This document shows, one piece after another, positions 51,870-64,000 of a stretch of 64,000 nt of DNA; the stretch's first letter is position 1; each line of letters begins with the position of its first letter. A program made the position numbers and the translations under genes. The notes beneath the pieces were generated by a model. The model was not told the origin of the DNA, made no database searches, and saw only the letters and a program-made list of their open reading frames with translations. The stretch covers positions 17,670,001-17,734,000 of the forward strand of contig NC_043016.1 of assembly GCF_006345805.1 (NCBI RefSeq), given 5' to 3'. Origin of the DNA: Octopus sinensis. Lineage: Eukaryota.

Positions 51870-53050
51870 GTGAAAACCCGGAAGCTACTAACCAGCAGAC
51901 ATAATTTCCACATCGACTGTAATGTAGACCACCTCTACCTAAAATGAAAAGAGTGTGGGTTGAGGGCAAAGGTTTAACGTCGATCCAGACTGCCTTTGAA
52001 TGTCATATCATATCCCTTCGGCAACATCTTTTAGGTACCAAGTGTCGAAGTGCATTCCTTGACCAAGTTTGGATATATGAGGCTAATGCCAATCATGAAA
52101 CTTGGGAAACAGCTCTTTGTGCAGAACCCCTTGTCCAGAATAAGGTTGTGATAACTTTATATACATGCCCAAAGACGTCACACGACTCTACCGCAACGTA
52201 GCATGAGATGAAAGGATGACCGTATATCAGCAGAGACTATGCATGGCTATGTTAGCAGAAAGCTCCGAGATGATAGTAACATTGACTATCAAAGCAATCC
52301 ATCATGGACCAACAACCGGATTACTACCTCCCACTTTGAAGGTTTTGCGTTTGTAATGCAGGAACAGGGAATATCAACCAAATACCCGATGCACAAAAGG
52401 GGCAGAGACTTAGGAAAAGCAGTAAAATGTGACAACCTATGCAGTCTTTGTGGAGTTAACATCGATGACATCACCCACATCATAAGCAGAAGTCCGAAAC
52501 TGTATAATGAGATCTGTCAAAAGGATAATCCCGAAGACAAAGAAATAAAACCCACACTAACGTGGAAAGCATAGCCACTCATAATAAGGAGAACTGGTGG
52601 AATGTCCCGGTGAAAACCTCGATAAAATGTAAACACAACAGACCTGACATAATGATTTGGGATGAGTAGAAAAACTGTGTACAGTTGTGAAAATCAGCTA
52701 CCCAGTGGATATTAACATCAGTGGATGTAAAGATCATTGAGAAACAAAATACGCTGAACTATTGAGAAATCTGCAGTTACTCTTTCCGGATTACAGTCTC
52801 ATGTTTATACATGTAATTATTGTGGCCCTGGGATATGTAACACATTGGCCTAAATACCAATCTTGAGAAATTAGGTGTCTCAAAACCAGAAAGGAGAAAG
52901 CTGATTTGAAGACTACTGATCCAAGTCATCACAGGAATGGTAAAAGTCTGTAAAACTTTCCAGAAGTTTATCATTTAAGTATATATGAGCATGTCTAGAT
53001 ATGCAACTATATGCATGAGAATACATACATAAAACAATCAAATCTGCACA
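51870..53050 (+). mobile_element. Degenerate R4/Dong-like RLE non-LTR retrotransposon 3' part
   Basis: KTRKLLT..NFH..VDHLY, SHFEGFAFVMQEQGISTK, CSLC..HIIS, HNRPDI; 3' end runs into CATA-rich repeats. Confidence 0.8.
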
Positions 53051-53354
53051 TACATATATACATAGATACATACACACATACATACATACATTGGGTCCAT
53101 GTTGAAATATAATCACTCTGCAGTTCACACTTTTAAACATACATTACCAAGAAATATCTTAAGAAAATTATTAGATTTAATCTACTTAACACCAAGTCGG
53201 ATAAGGTGAATGTGATTCGATACAGTATAATGGTTTTTTATGCTGCCATGTCCTTTTGCGAAATCTTTCCAAAATGTTAACAATTTATCCGATAAATCTT
53301 TCACTGATTTAAAGTGCAGTGTCACTTTGAGAAATGAGTACGCATGTTGACACA

Positions 53355-53640
53355 CACAAACGCATATTAAATTATATTACACATACACACATATATTAAA
53401 TTATATACACATACAACACATATATTAATTTATATTACACATACACACACATATATTAAATTATATTACACACACACCACACACACGCACATTATATATA
53501 ATATATATATATATATTATATATGAATTAAATTATATTACATATATTAAATTATATATATTATATATACATATATATATATATATATTAAATTTTATTAC
53601 ACACATATATATTAAATTACATTCCATTACACACACACAT
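53355..53640. repeat. AT-rich ~30-33-bp minisatellite (CACATATATTAAATTATATTACACATA)
   Basis: Seen directly, 4-6 imperfect units. Confidence 0.85.
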
Positions 53641-53807
53641 ATATACACACACATGTATATATCTATCCATACATTCATAGACACGTACATAACATACATA
53701 CATACATACATACATACATACATACATACATACATACATACATACATACATACATACATACATACATACATACATACATACATACATACATACATACATA
53801 CATACAT

Positions 53808-54302
53808 GGTGGCTGCCCCCTCGTTATCGAGTATTGCCATTGCACGAACTTAATCAATGTTGTTATCGTGCAATGCTGTGCAAGAAGATTTTTTTAAAGG
53901 AGGAAAGGCTGTGCACTGAGTCAATCCCACTCACTAAGCAACAGCAGCCATAATCCGAAAGAAGAACAAGTCAACATCATCGGTAACCACTGAGCCGCAG
54001 GTTTTATGTCGGAGTTATCCCAGTTACCTGAGTTACCTTCTCCGAGAAGGATGCCCTAACAAAGGCTAGGAGTTCTTCACTCCCAATGGTTTAACCGCGC
54101 GATCGGGTATTCAGTCTGATGATACATTTATTGGATGGCCGTTGACTCTCAAGAGTTCCTCCGCCCTTTGACGGGTTTTGTTTTTCATCCCACAGGGTGT
54201 CCAAGTAAGCTTGGTGGGGTTGCCGGTTTAGTCTCCAACGACCCGACCATGCAACAGGTTTTACCGGGTTACATGTTACCAGTAGCACTCGAAAGTGACC
54301 TG
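53808..54302 (-). mobile_element. ~495-bp non-coding, probably RTE-derived element embedded in (ACAT)n
   Basis: Sharp boundaries in ACAT arrays; minus 3' end GATAACGAGGGGGCAGCCACC(ATGT)n; RTE origin inferred. Confidence 0.55.
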
Positions 54303-54397
54303 ACATACATACATATATACATACATACATACATACATACATACATACATACATACATACATACATACATACATACATACATACATACATACATACT

Positions 54398-54505
54398 TAC
54401 AAAAATACCTCGTTGTTGATGTTGAAATTCCAATGAAGGAGTCTTGGATCTAGGTTAGAAACCGGCTCTTTCTCTATTGGCAAGAAATATTAAAATAAAC
54501 TGAAT
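54398..54505. mobile_element. ~105-bp unique insert between (ACAT)n arrays
   Basis: Bounded by CATA repeats on both sides. Confidence 0.45.
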
Positions 54506-55544
54506 GACATACATTCACACATTCATACATACGAACGTACATACATTCATACATGCATACATACATACATGCATACATACATACATACATACATACATAC
54601 ATACATACATACATACATACACACATACATAAATACATTCATTCATACATACATACATACAGACATACATTCATACATACATGCATACATACATACATAC
54701 ATACATACATACATACATACATACATACATACATTGATGGATGGATAGATGGAGGGAGGGAGGGAGGGAAAGATAGATGAACTGAGTTTATGTTCAAGTG
54801 ATTAGCAATTAAATGTAAAACGTACCCGGGAATGTTAGACCAGTTACAATAACACTATTTATTCAAAGTTGAGTTTTCGTGAGTCATTAGTCGGAGTTTA
54901 AATCGTTCATGGTCCTAAGGACCGAAACAAGAAGCTGTGATTAGCAGTTCACACAGACTTCAACTTTATGTAAATAATGTCTTAGTTAAACACACACACA
55001 CACACACACAAACACAAACACTCACGCACACACGCACGCACACACACACACACACAAACACTCGCGCGCACGCACGCGTACACACACACACACATAAACA
55101 CACAAAGGATGGGGATTCAGTAATAATGACGATCTAGTGGTCCAGTTACTTACTAGCGCAATCCATAATTCGATTCAGCTAATAGTGTAATGGCCCGCAA
55201 ATATTTAATTATGACGCTGACGCTGTGTACATTCTAGATTCTCAAATTTCATATTAAATCGATTTTACCCTAACCAAACCTGTACTGATTAAATCATGTG
55301 AATTATAAGAGAAAACATATAAAGCTATACTTTTTATGAGTTGGGTGGGTTTACCTCCACAAATTTGTTACTAACTTTGGTTTGGGTAACTCACAAAATT
55401 ACGGGTACACCGCTTCACGAAGTCGTAGTTGACGTGCACAACGAGCAATGAATACAACTTCCGGTAGTTTCGATTTACTTCCGTGTGATCTTGAGATTCT
55501 TTTTATATTTTTCTGCTCAGAACCAGCGGCACATCACTATGTTA

Positions 55545-55900
55545 CATTTTATCTTTTATCGTTTACTTGTTTCAGATCTGACTGAGACCATACTGGAGCA
55601 CCGCCTGGGAGGGTTGTAGTCGAACAAATCGACCCGAGGACTTTTATCGGTCATTTTGGCTGAACCGCTAAGTAACGGGGACGTAAACACACCATCACCG
55701 GTTGTCAAACGGTGGTGGGGGACAAACACACACAACACACACACAAAACACGCGCGTGTACACGCACACACACACATACACAGATATACAACGAACTTCT
55801 TTCAGTTTCTCTGAACCAAATCTACTCACGAGGTGCCACGCAGTGAGACTGAACCCGGAACCATGTGGTTGAGAAGCAGACTTACGTCCACTCAGCCATA
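55545..55900 (-). mobile_element. SINE family A with internal deletions
   Basis: Family A motifs. Confidence 0.8.
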
Positions 55901-56162
55901 GGCGATGGTATAAACACAAACGCACTTATATGTAGCAAAAACTTCTTGTTTTAATCTACTTAATTCAAACAAACGTTTAAATTTCCTTTGACTGTGTTTA
56001 ATGCTTTTAAACACTAATTAGCCAGCCTGGAGAAATACCCATAGCATTTCTGCTCTTTTTACACCCAGAAGGCAATGGGTGTTAGGGATAATATGAAGAA
56101 GTTGCCCTATCTTTTGTTTTCGCTTATAATCCTATTCTTTAAAACAAGACCCATTAATATGC

Positions 56163-56202
<40 letters not shown>

Positions 56203-56392
56203 TTTCCAGTGTTTACAAATAACTTGGAAAAAGTAAATAAACAGTTAGCAGGGTAGCAAAATTTCAGACAAGTAACAAGGATGTAACAGCCTATTTATAA
56301 AGACAGAAACTCCAGATTTAGGTGAAGTGTTTTGTATAATATAGATAAATAAAAAATTGAGTTAAACGCTGGTGTTGTTCAAATTCTTTTAC

Positions 56393-56478
56393 TTCCGACA
56401 TATGTTTCGAAGTCAACATTGCTATTATTCCAGAACGAATAAAATGGTGTAAAACAATGCAATCTTCTCATCAGGGAA
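56393..56478 (-). ncRNA. Type I hammerhead ribozyme
   Basis: TTCC CTGATGA GAAG..CTTC GAA A CATATG T C GGAA; intact. Confidence 0.85.
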
Positions 56479-56833
56479 AGAAAGAAACCAAACACATCAG
56501 TAAGACGTTTTAACAGAAAGTGATGACTGCGTATATGATGAAGGGAACGCTGCTATCGAGTTTTTTTTAACCGTTAGTAGATATAACATCAAAGGTATTT
56601 TATAGAAAGAGATGGAGGAAAAAGAAAGAAATTAGTAGAAAAATAATAGTGGAGAGATATAGAGTGATAGGTGAATAGGAATAAAGCTTAAAGGCATGGA
56701 AGTAAGTATATTTAGTAGAAGTGCAATGTAAGAAAACAGAAGTCGAATTTTATAGAATGGTAGAAATCACTCATAGGAACTAAAGGTAGTCATCGAAATT
56801 GTTATAATGTCTTGTTGAGATAGGTTTTCTTTT

Positions 56834-56917
56834 TTTCCTGATGAAAAGATTACATTATTTTACACCGTTTATTCCTTTGGAATAAAACTAATGTTGTCTT
56901 CGAAACATATGTCGAAA
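56834..56917 (+). ncRNA. Type I hammerhead ribozyme, G10.1>A mismatch
   Basis: TTTC CTGATGA AAAGAT..GTCTTC GAA A CATATG T C GAAA. Confidence 0.75.
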
Positions 56918-59787
56918 GTAAAAGAATTTGAATAACATCTGCGTTCAACTCCATTTATTTACTTATACTATACAAATTACTGCACATTAACCCGGAGTTT
57001 CTACCTTTGAATAGGTCGCTGCATCCTTGTTACTTGCGTGAATTTTGCTACCCTGGTAACTGTTTATTGTATTTTCCATGTTAACGGTAAACAAAGGATA
57101 ATTCATTAATCCACATATATATATATATCCCTATAATTGATATATATTTTACGTTTTATATATATATTACTCCGGAAGAATGAAAAATAAAGTTGTATTC
57201 GATGTTATTTGAATTTAAATTGTAAATGCTCATAGCTAAACACTACAAGCACTCTTTGGGCGCCCTAATAATTCTGCCGATCTAACTGGGTTAATGTTCA
57301 GCGACGGACTATCTTTCTTATTGAACTAATGTCATTATTTAAAAGTAATTATTTAATTATTTCGTCACAAAAGGCTCTCAGAATCGTTTTGAGATCTAGT
57401 AAACATGTGCTAGATTATATTTCGCTGTAAGACTAAAACATGTCCTGAGTTATCAAGGTATTTTCATGGATGAAGTTCATTTCACTTCCTACTTGTTAAT
57501 CAGTATAAAGTTCCGAGTTCTCTCCCTTGTCTTCCTTAACAATTCTTGTTTGGGCTTATGACTTTTGTTCCTTTTACATGTGTGATTTTAACTGATCAAA
57601 AGTGATCGTTGGAGCATTTCTTCGTGTGTGACTTATTCACTTTACTAAACAAAGATTTGATTGTGAGAATGCTAGAATGTTTTTGATTAGATAAGCATTA
57701 TATCAGAGTTAACCAGTAACAACAACACCAGCAACATTAACATGTGTGTGTACCAATAAAACAACTGTTTCTGAAATGTTTGAGTTAAATAGTTTATTCA
57801 TTCAAAAGAACTTAAATAAATCTAAATATTGTAAAGCCTAACTGTGAATTAACTAAAAATTGTAAACACTTTTTATACTGCTGATGCGCGGAGAAAAGAG
57901 GATGGGAGGCCCCTAACGGACCATCTCACGGTTTTTTAACTATTCCTATGAGAAAAGTCATTGGTTTCCTTCCCAAACCAATAGCAGAGACCACCTGTTT
58001 ATACAGTAGTCATAAATTAAACTAATACCGTATGAATTGCCTAAATTTTATATTTGTGCGTTTGACGGTTCGTCATAAATTAAATGTTACTCATTTGCCA
58101 TAACATAGTGTAAATGAGAAGAACAATAATATATTTGAATATTACACGATCCCTTAACGGTTTATCAGGAGTCTCCCTACGTATTTTGTTTCTGCGTATC
58201 CGTTGTATAGAAAATGAATATGCTTACATTCACATTTAACCCACAATAAGGCTTTTAGATATTTAAATTTATTTCAGTTCCGATTTACACGGTATTGTCT
58301 ATAAACAAGTGTTATTCATCCAGTACTTTTACAAACTATTTTATCGAATGATATAACATTTGAGAACTCTCTTAACTGGACGTTATTAATCATTTTACGA
58401 TACCATCCTCCATCCATCAAGGTTTAACCAATATGTCCCTATACCATCTTTGCTATACTACCAAAACCAACATCATCACCCGTCCAAGTAGTTGCCAATA
58501 TGACTGCAAAATATTAATAGATTAGTTTTATTTTCTTTATGGATTATAAAGAGAATCATAAATATTTGTTGGGGTGTTTCCTAAACCCTTGTTTTGTGTC
58601 CCCTTACGCCAGACGGTATGGATTCTCCTGGATAAGAATCTCTGATCTAGACATAACAATATACTTTTATTTTCTTAATATTTCCACGTCTTCAATACGT
58701 TCGTATGTATTCTGATTCACAAGATCTACTTCACAGCGAAATATTGATCGTTGGCTCAGTGCTGTTTTATGTACTAAATCCAATGTTTAAAAGAATTGTG
58801 CTCGTAGCATATACCTTCTTTATGAAGCAGAGTAATGTTTTATTTTCATTCCGTGTGCGCGGTTTTTTTTTAACAATGTAAACGTGTGTTCAAAGTGTAA
58901 AATAAATAATGAACATTTATTCTGTTGTTGCTGGTAATTGATCAATATACTTTTACTTCACTTGAAAGCAGCGAACTCTATTAGCAGAATTATTCTCTAA
59001 AGACCTTTTGATTTGCTTCGTTAACTAAAACATATTAGTCGCCATCAATATATTTTCACAAAGCAAATCCCCAAATGAGCCAGCATTTTGTACAATTATT
59101 TTCAGTTCATATCATTTTTATAAAATTTCCATCCTAATGAAATAATACTCTTGTTTTTCGTGTGATCATATACATCCATCACATAATTTGTTTAAGATTT
59201 TAATTTACTATTAATCTTCAAAATAAGTACAATATATTTATTCCTCTCCAGTAACAAAGGTTGACATATTAGATTTTAAAAAGTTCAAAATTGCTGTTGC
59301 CGTGGAATCATTAGTGGTTAATGAAACATAGAATAAGTTATTATACCGACTTCTTTGCAAGAAGTGTGAATCAAAACCCTATACCATGTTCAACGGCAAA
59401 TTAGATGTGAACAATTGGAATTTATTGTTTAATATCGAATTTTTAGTAGTTTTTCGGATATAAATCAAAACTACAGGCTAATGAAATGCAATGATTATAC
59501 AAGTGATGATCATTGTATAAATATTCATAGTTAGGTGTTATGATTCAGCTAAAAATTAAGTGCAATGGGCACGGAAAGAACGCAGAGCCTATCCCTTGAT
59601 TCAGCCGGTTGGAACTTGGTATTCTATTAACTCAGACAGTTAAAGATTTGAGTGAAATTTAGTTACCTCTAAAATATTTAAAGATAATAGCAAGTGAAGG
59701 CAGTAGAAGATATATTTGATTTTATCAATGGCTGCATATAAGTATATGTGAGTGCGTGTATATTATATATATATATAATATATATAT

Positions 59788-59993
59788 ATAATCAGAAAAC
59801 GGAGAAAACCTCAGATTAACAAACACATCGATTGGACCACATTAAAAGATTATTTTTTAATACAAAGCCTGACACAACAAATAGATGGCGTCACCTATGT
59901 TTTTTATGTCATGCTTTATATTCATAAATAAGCTATAAATGTGTTCCAATCGATGTGTTTGTTAGTCTGAGGTTTTCTTCATTTACTGATTAT
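59788..59993. mobile_element. MITE with ~55-bp TIRs
   Basis: 59788-59843 versus 59938-59993; TA-rich flanks. Confidence 0.75.
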
Positions 59994-60280
59994 TTGTATT
60001 TATTGTCTGATAAACTCTTCTTTATCCTGTTGTTACCTGCACAATGCCCCTCGATAACACGGGTAACGGATACCCATATTACATACGAATATTTTATCAC
60101 TTAGTCGGTTATTATAATCGCTAACTCTATATATATATTTACGGAGATTGTACTTGCATAGCAAGTGACCTGATCTGAAATCGTGTGCTGAAACGAAAGC
60201 AATTGCAGCGTGGAAGGTGTTTGTAAGCCATTTAAGAAACACACAAAAACCGTTAGATTCACTTCAACATTTAAGTTTAA

Positions 60281-60331
60281 TTTGTGAAAATATTTTCGTC
60301 GCTTTCAGACCGCGACCTGTTCACTGACAAA
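60281..60331 (-). ncRNA. Minimal hammerhead with G3:C8 core variant
   Basis: TTTGTCA GTGAACA G GTCGC..GCGAC GAA A ATAT T T TCACAAA. Confidence 0.65.
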
Positions 60332-60369
60332 ATTCCGTGCTGCATCTGAGAAAGTAACAGTTCGTTCAT

Positions 60370-60730
60370 GATATATATGTACGTATGTATGTGTGTGTGT
60401 ATGTATGTGTGTATGTATGTATGTATGTATGTGTGTGTATGTGTGTGTGTATGTATGTATGTATGTATGTATGTATGTATGTATGTATGTATGTATGTAT
60501 GTATGTATGTATGTACGTACGTACGTATGTATGTATGTATGTATGTATGTATTTATGTATATATGTATGTGCGTATGTATGTGTGTACATGTATGTGCGC
60601 ATGCATGTGTGCATACCTATACGTATGTATGTACGTATGTACATACGTATGTATGTGAGTATTTAGGAGAGTGTGTAGACGTGTCTGTGTGTGTGTGTAC
60701 ATGTGTATGTACATGTAAACGTATGTTTAT
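60370..60730. repeat. (ATGT)n/(GT)n array
   Basis: Seen directly. Confidence 0.95.
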
Positions 60731-60815
60731 GTAATGACATGTGTCAATTCAAGTTCTATACATGACTGTTACCTTCTTGAAGGTTGTATATATACACACA
60801 TATACATTTATATAG

Positions 60816-60854
<39 letters not shown>

Positions 60855-61110
60855 CACATGTGTGTGTGTGCGTTTGTGTGCGTTTGTGTGCGTGTGTATG
60901 TGCGTGTGTGTATGTGCGTATGTGTGTGTGCGTTTGTCTCTCTCACCATCGTCTAACGGTGAATGGATACAACGTCTTAGATACATATATACAAATACAC
61001 ACAATCATACAGACACTTAAACATACAAATATACGTATAATCTAAAAATATATACACATTATACCCTCATCCATCTTTACATACATATACACAAATATAT
61101 ATATATATAT

Positions 61111-61788
61111 ATAATTAATTAATAAGGGTGAGAGAATTAGATACTAATTTAATAGTATATCTATTCAACACCAAGTGGCCTAGTGCTCCGAGAAACCTGG
61201 ATTATTATAATATTTTATAATATATTATAATATTTTTACAAAATAAATATAAGAGAGTGGTCACTATATGGCTCACTCTAGCACCAGTTAATCCAAAAGG
61301 TTTCAACCACAAAAATACATGTTTCCCATGAAAGTCAGTACGATTGTTAGCTCACACGGACAGGGCAAATAAAAAATAACAAAAATACAGATTAGTTTGG
61401 GACAATTGTTTCGCTATTAATGAATTAAATGTAATTTTACTTACAAAAAAATCCACTTGTAGCTCGTCAGCCAAAACTATCTGGATGAAATCCACTCAAT
61501 CACACGCCAGATTTTACCATAACGATAAATACGCGTGTGGTTCAATTGATTACATCCGACGTTATAATTCAAATGCCCCAACTAACAGCGCGCCAAACTC
61601 TCACGGAAAACAAATACTGCATTTAGAAATAAATGCAGCATAATTATAATTAATTAATAAGGGTGAGAGAATTAGATACTAATTTAATAGTATATCTATT
61701 CAACACCAAGTGGCATAGTGCTCCGAGGAGAAACGGATTATTATAATATTTTATAATATATTATAATATTTTTACAAAATAAATATAA
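61111..61788 (-). mobile_element. Terminally redundant HHR element (535-bp unit plus 142-bp repeat) in (TA)n
   Basis: Direct repeats 61111-61252 and 61646-61788; (TA)n on both sides. Confidence 0.85.
61393..61479 (-). ncRNA. Type I hammerhead ribozyme
   Basis: TAGTTTTGG CTGACGA GCTA..TAGC GAA A CAATTG T C CCAAACTA; intact. Confidence 0.85.
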
Positions 61789-61801
61789 TATATATATATA
61801 T

Positions 61802-61892
61802 AACGGGAAGGTTTACGAAAATAAACAAAAGACGAAGGCAGGTGGAGTACAAACAATTGTATTAGTATGGCGCTCAGGAATAGAAATAAAAC
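61802..61892 (-). mobile_element. 3' fragment of the 17255/22018-type element in (TA)n
   Basis: AACAAAAGACGAAG..GCGCTCAGGAA shared with 17275-17330. Confidence 0.55.
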
Positions 61893-62228
61893 ATATATAT
61901 ATATATACATACATATGACACCTTTTTCAAGGACAACGGTTAAAATTCAAACTTGCCTTATTTTATTCTATTTATTATTTTTTTAATTTTTTTTACATGC
62001 ATACATATATAATACATATATATATTTACACATACTCATATGTGCATGCATGTACATACTTATACACTAACATACACACAACACACATATACATTTATAC
62101 ATACGTACATACGTATGAAACAATGTACGCTGGTATGGTTATATATAACTGCATATATGTATTTTAGTACCATGCATTTCAACATGTATGCATGGATTAC
62201 TACATGTAAATGAGAGAGAGCGGGGTGG

Positions 62229-63545
62229 CTATAGAATGGTACTCCTGAGTGGAATCTGGATGTTACCCTTTTCGGATTTTCGGTTGAGAGTGGGTTTGTA
62301 TTCTTGTATACAGACAGCTTCCGTGACCTGTCTCAGCATTGCATCAGTGGGATGTGTGGATAAGATGTTTAACTCAAGTCTCCCTAAGGAGCCCTTGTGG
62401 CAGTCTACAGCATGCTGATAGAAGATGGAGTTTGGTTTCTTTTCAATGTAGTTGTCCAGGTGTTCTTTGAACCTATCATTGATACTCCTAGAAGTCTCAC
62501 TGATGTATGACTCTGGGTTAGTCGCGCAAGCTCTTTCTTGGTACTTAATTTGGTATACAGTGCTCTTGGTTTTGCAGTTCACATGTGGGTTTGTAGAACA
62601 TACTGCACAATTATTTTGACACGTGAATCTATCAAGTGGATATGACCTACATAATACAGATTTGATAGTCCTACCTGTCTTTTCTACAACCTTGATCTTA
62701 AGGCCAGTTGTGTGCAGGATTTTCTTGAATGCCTCACATAATTCGTTCTTAGGTGTGGGGGGTGGCGTCAATAAACATTACACAGTGAAATTTCTTGTTA
62801 TCATACCAAGTATTGGTTTTATTTCTTTTGTTGATGTCTCTCTCTAACCTATTCCAGAACTTGTTGCGGTGTAGGTGGCATATACCGTTTTCGTCATCAC
62901 TTAGAATGCGTTCGAATCTTGTCTTCGCTCCTTTGTACACTCTGATTCTGTAATATTGTGTGTATCCGGAGCGTTGCATTCGGAATATGAAGTGCTGGAT
63001 GTGTTGTTGTCGTTCTTGTGGTTGGCATAGTGGGGATACATTCCTCATTACTCTAAGTCTGCCACCAGGATGTTGAGCTTGGTAGTGCTCGACATCGCTG
63101 AGTCACTACGGATTACCAGTGGATTAGCCATAGGTTTACAATAGTGTGAGTGGAGTATACAGGGTTTAACAGTTCCGTTAACCATAGAAGTTTCTATCCA
63201 CAGCTCAGTATCTAGGACAGGTAATCTATTACTGGGGTGTTTAGAGGGTTAGTCTACAGTAACATTTATACTGCTATAAATAGAGTCAGCTATGTGTTGT
63301 ATAGCTGTCATCACCTGTTCTTCATTTAGTAGAGAGTCTATCTCTGTGTCTGTATTATTATTACATTTCACGACAAGGTTAATGTCGTCAACGTATCGAG
63401 AGTAGATAACTAAGTGGCTCTTACGGGTCGCTAGGCACTGTTTAAACTGTCTGTCCCACCATACCACGAAGAGGTTTGCAACATCGCCGGCGATCCCTAC
63501 TCCAATAGCACCGCCTTTCGTTTTAACCGTTGTCCTTGAAAAGTG
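62229..63545 (-). mobile_element. 5'-truncated PLE (RT core, thumb, GIY-YIG), same family as 25202-26152, frameshifted
   Basis: KGGAIG, RYVDD, CKPMA, MQRSGY, CKTKSTVYQI, ETSRS..DRFKEH, RQVTEA..PTLNRK. Confidence 0.9.
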
Positions 63546-63603
63546 TGTCATATGTATGTATATATATATATATTTATTTATATGTGTATGTATGTATGTA
63601 TAA

Positions 63604-63667
<64 letters not shown>

Positions 63668-64000
63668 GTAATGTATATATGTATGTAGAGATGGATGAGC
63701 GTATATGTGTGTATACTTTAAGATTATACGTATATTTATGAGTATGTGTGTCTCTATGATTGTGTGTACTTGTATATATGTATAAGGTTATATGTGCATA
63801 TATGTATCTAAGACGTTGTATCCATTCACCGTCAGACGATGGTGAGAGAGACAAACGCACACACACACACAGACATACACACACGCACACACGCACACAC
63901 ACGCACACACACGCACACACATAGACGCACACACACACATACATATGTATATATATGTGTGTGTGTGTGCCTATATAAATGTATATGTGTGTATATATAC

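Larger units (their letters stand above)
60786..61945. repeat. Inverted copy of 63520-64000, interrupted by HHR-element insertions
   Basis: 60786-61085 and 61905-61945 match the reverse complement of 63680-64000 and 63520-63560. Confidence 0.8.

Noticed and set aside
53355-53640. CRISPR-like array
   Set aside because: AT-rich minisatellite without unique spacers, in a eukaryotic context.
54115-54160. CTGATGA as an HHR core
   Set aside because: No stem II or GAAA partner.
55400-55500. Promoter from paired ACTTCCG (ETS-like) motifs
   Set aside because: Short motifs only; no linked exon support.

Overview
AT-rich, microsatellite-saturated animal DNA made up almost entirely of decayed mobile elements. 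The SINE families and the (TA)n/(GT)n/(GATA)n/(ACAT)n arrays resemble a coleoid cephalopod (octopus-like) genome; this is an inference from sequence character. No complete protein-coding gene is supported, only a few short candidate exons. Recognisable elements: Penelope-like elements (PLEs; Naiad-like, Poseidon-like and a two-copy C-terminal GIY-YIG family), RTE, Vingi/Ingi-like, HERO-like (R2 group), R4/Dong-like and Tx1-like LINE remnants, two mariner remnants, two non-autonomous Helitrons, MITE/foldback structures and at least four tRNA-derived SINE families. The main signal is at least 9 intact or near-intact minimal type I hammerhead ribozymes (HHRs), plus about 6 decayed ones. They sit in short non-coding elements that abut microsatellites and include a tRNA-headed (Pol III) HHR element, a terminally redundant 535-bp retrozyme-like unit, and an HHR with a G3:C8 compensatory core swap. 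A second system is a Tx1-like LINE inserted three times into (GATA)n, with a SINE family sharing its 3' tail. All alignments, folds and family names were done by eye and need computational confirmation. There is a 100-N gap at 3345-3444.
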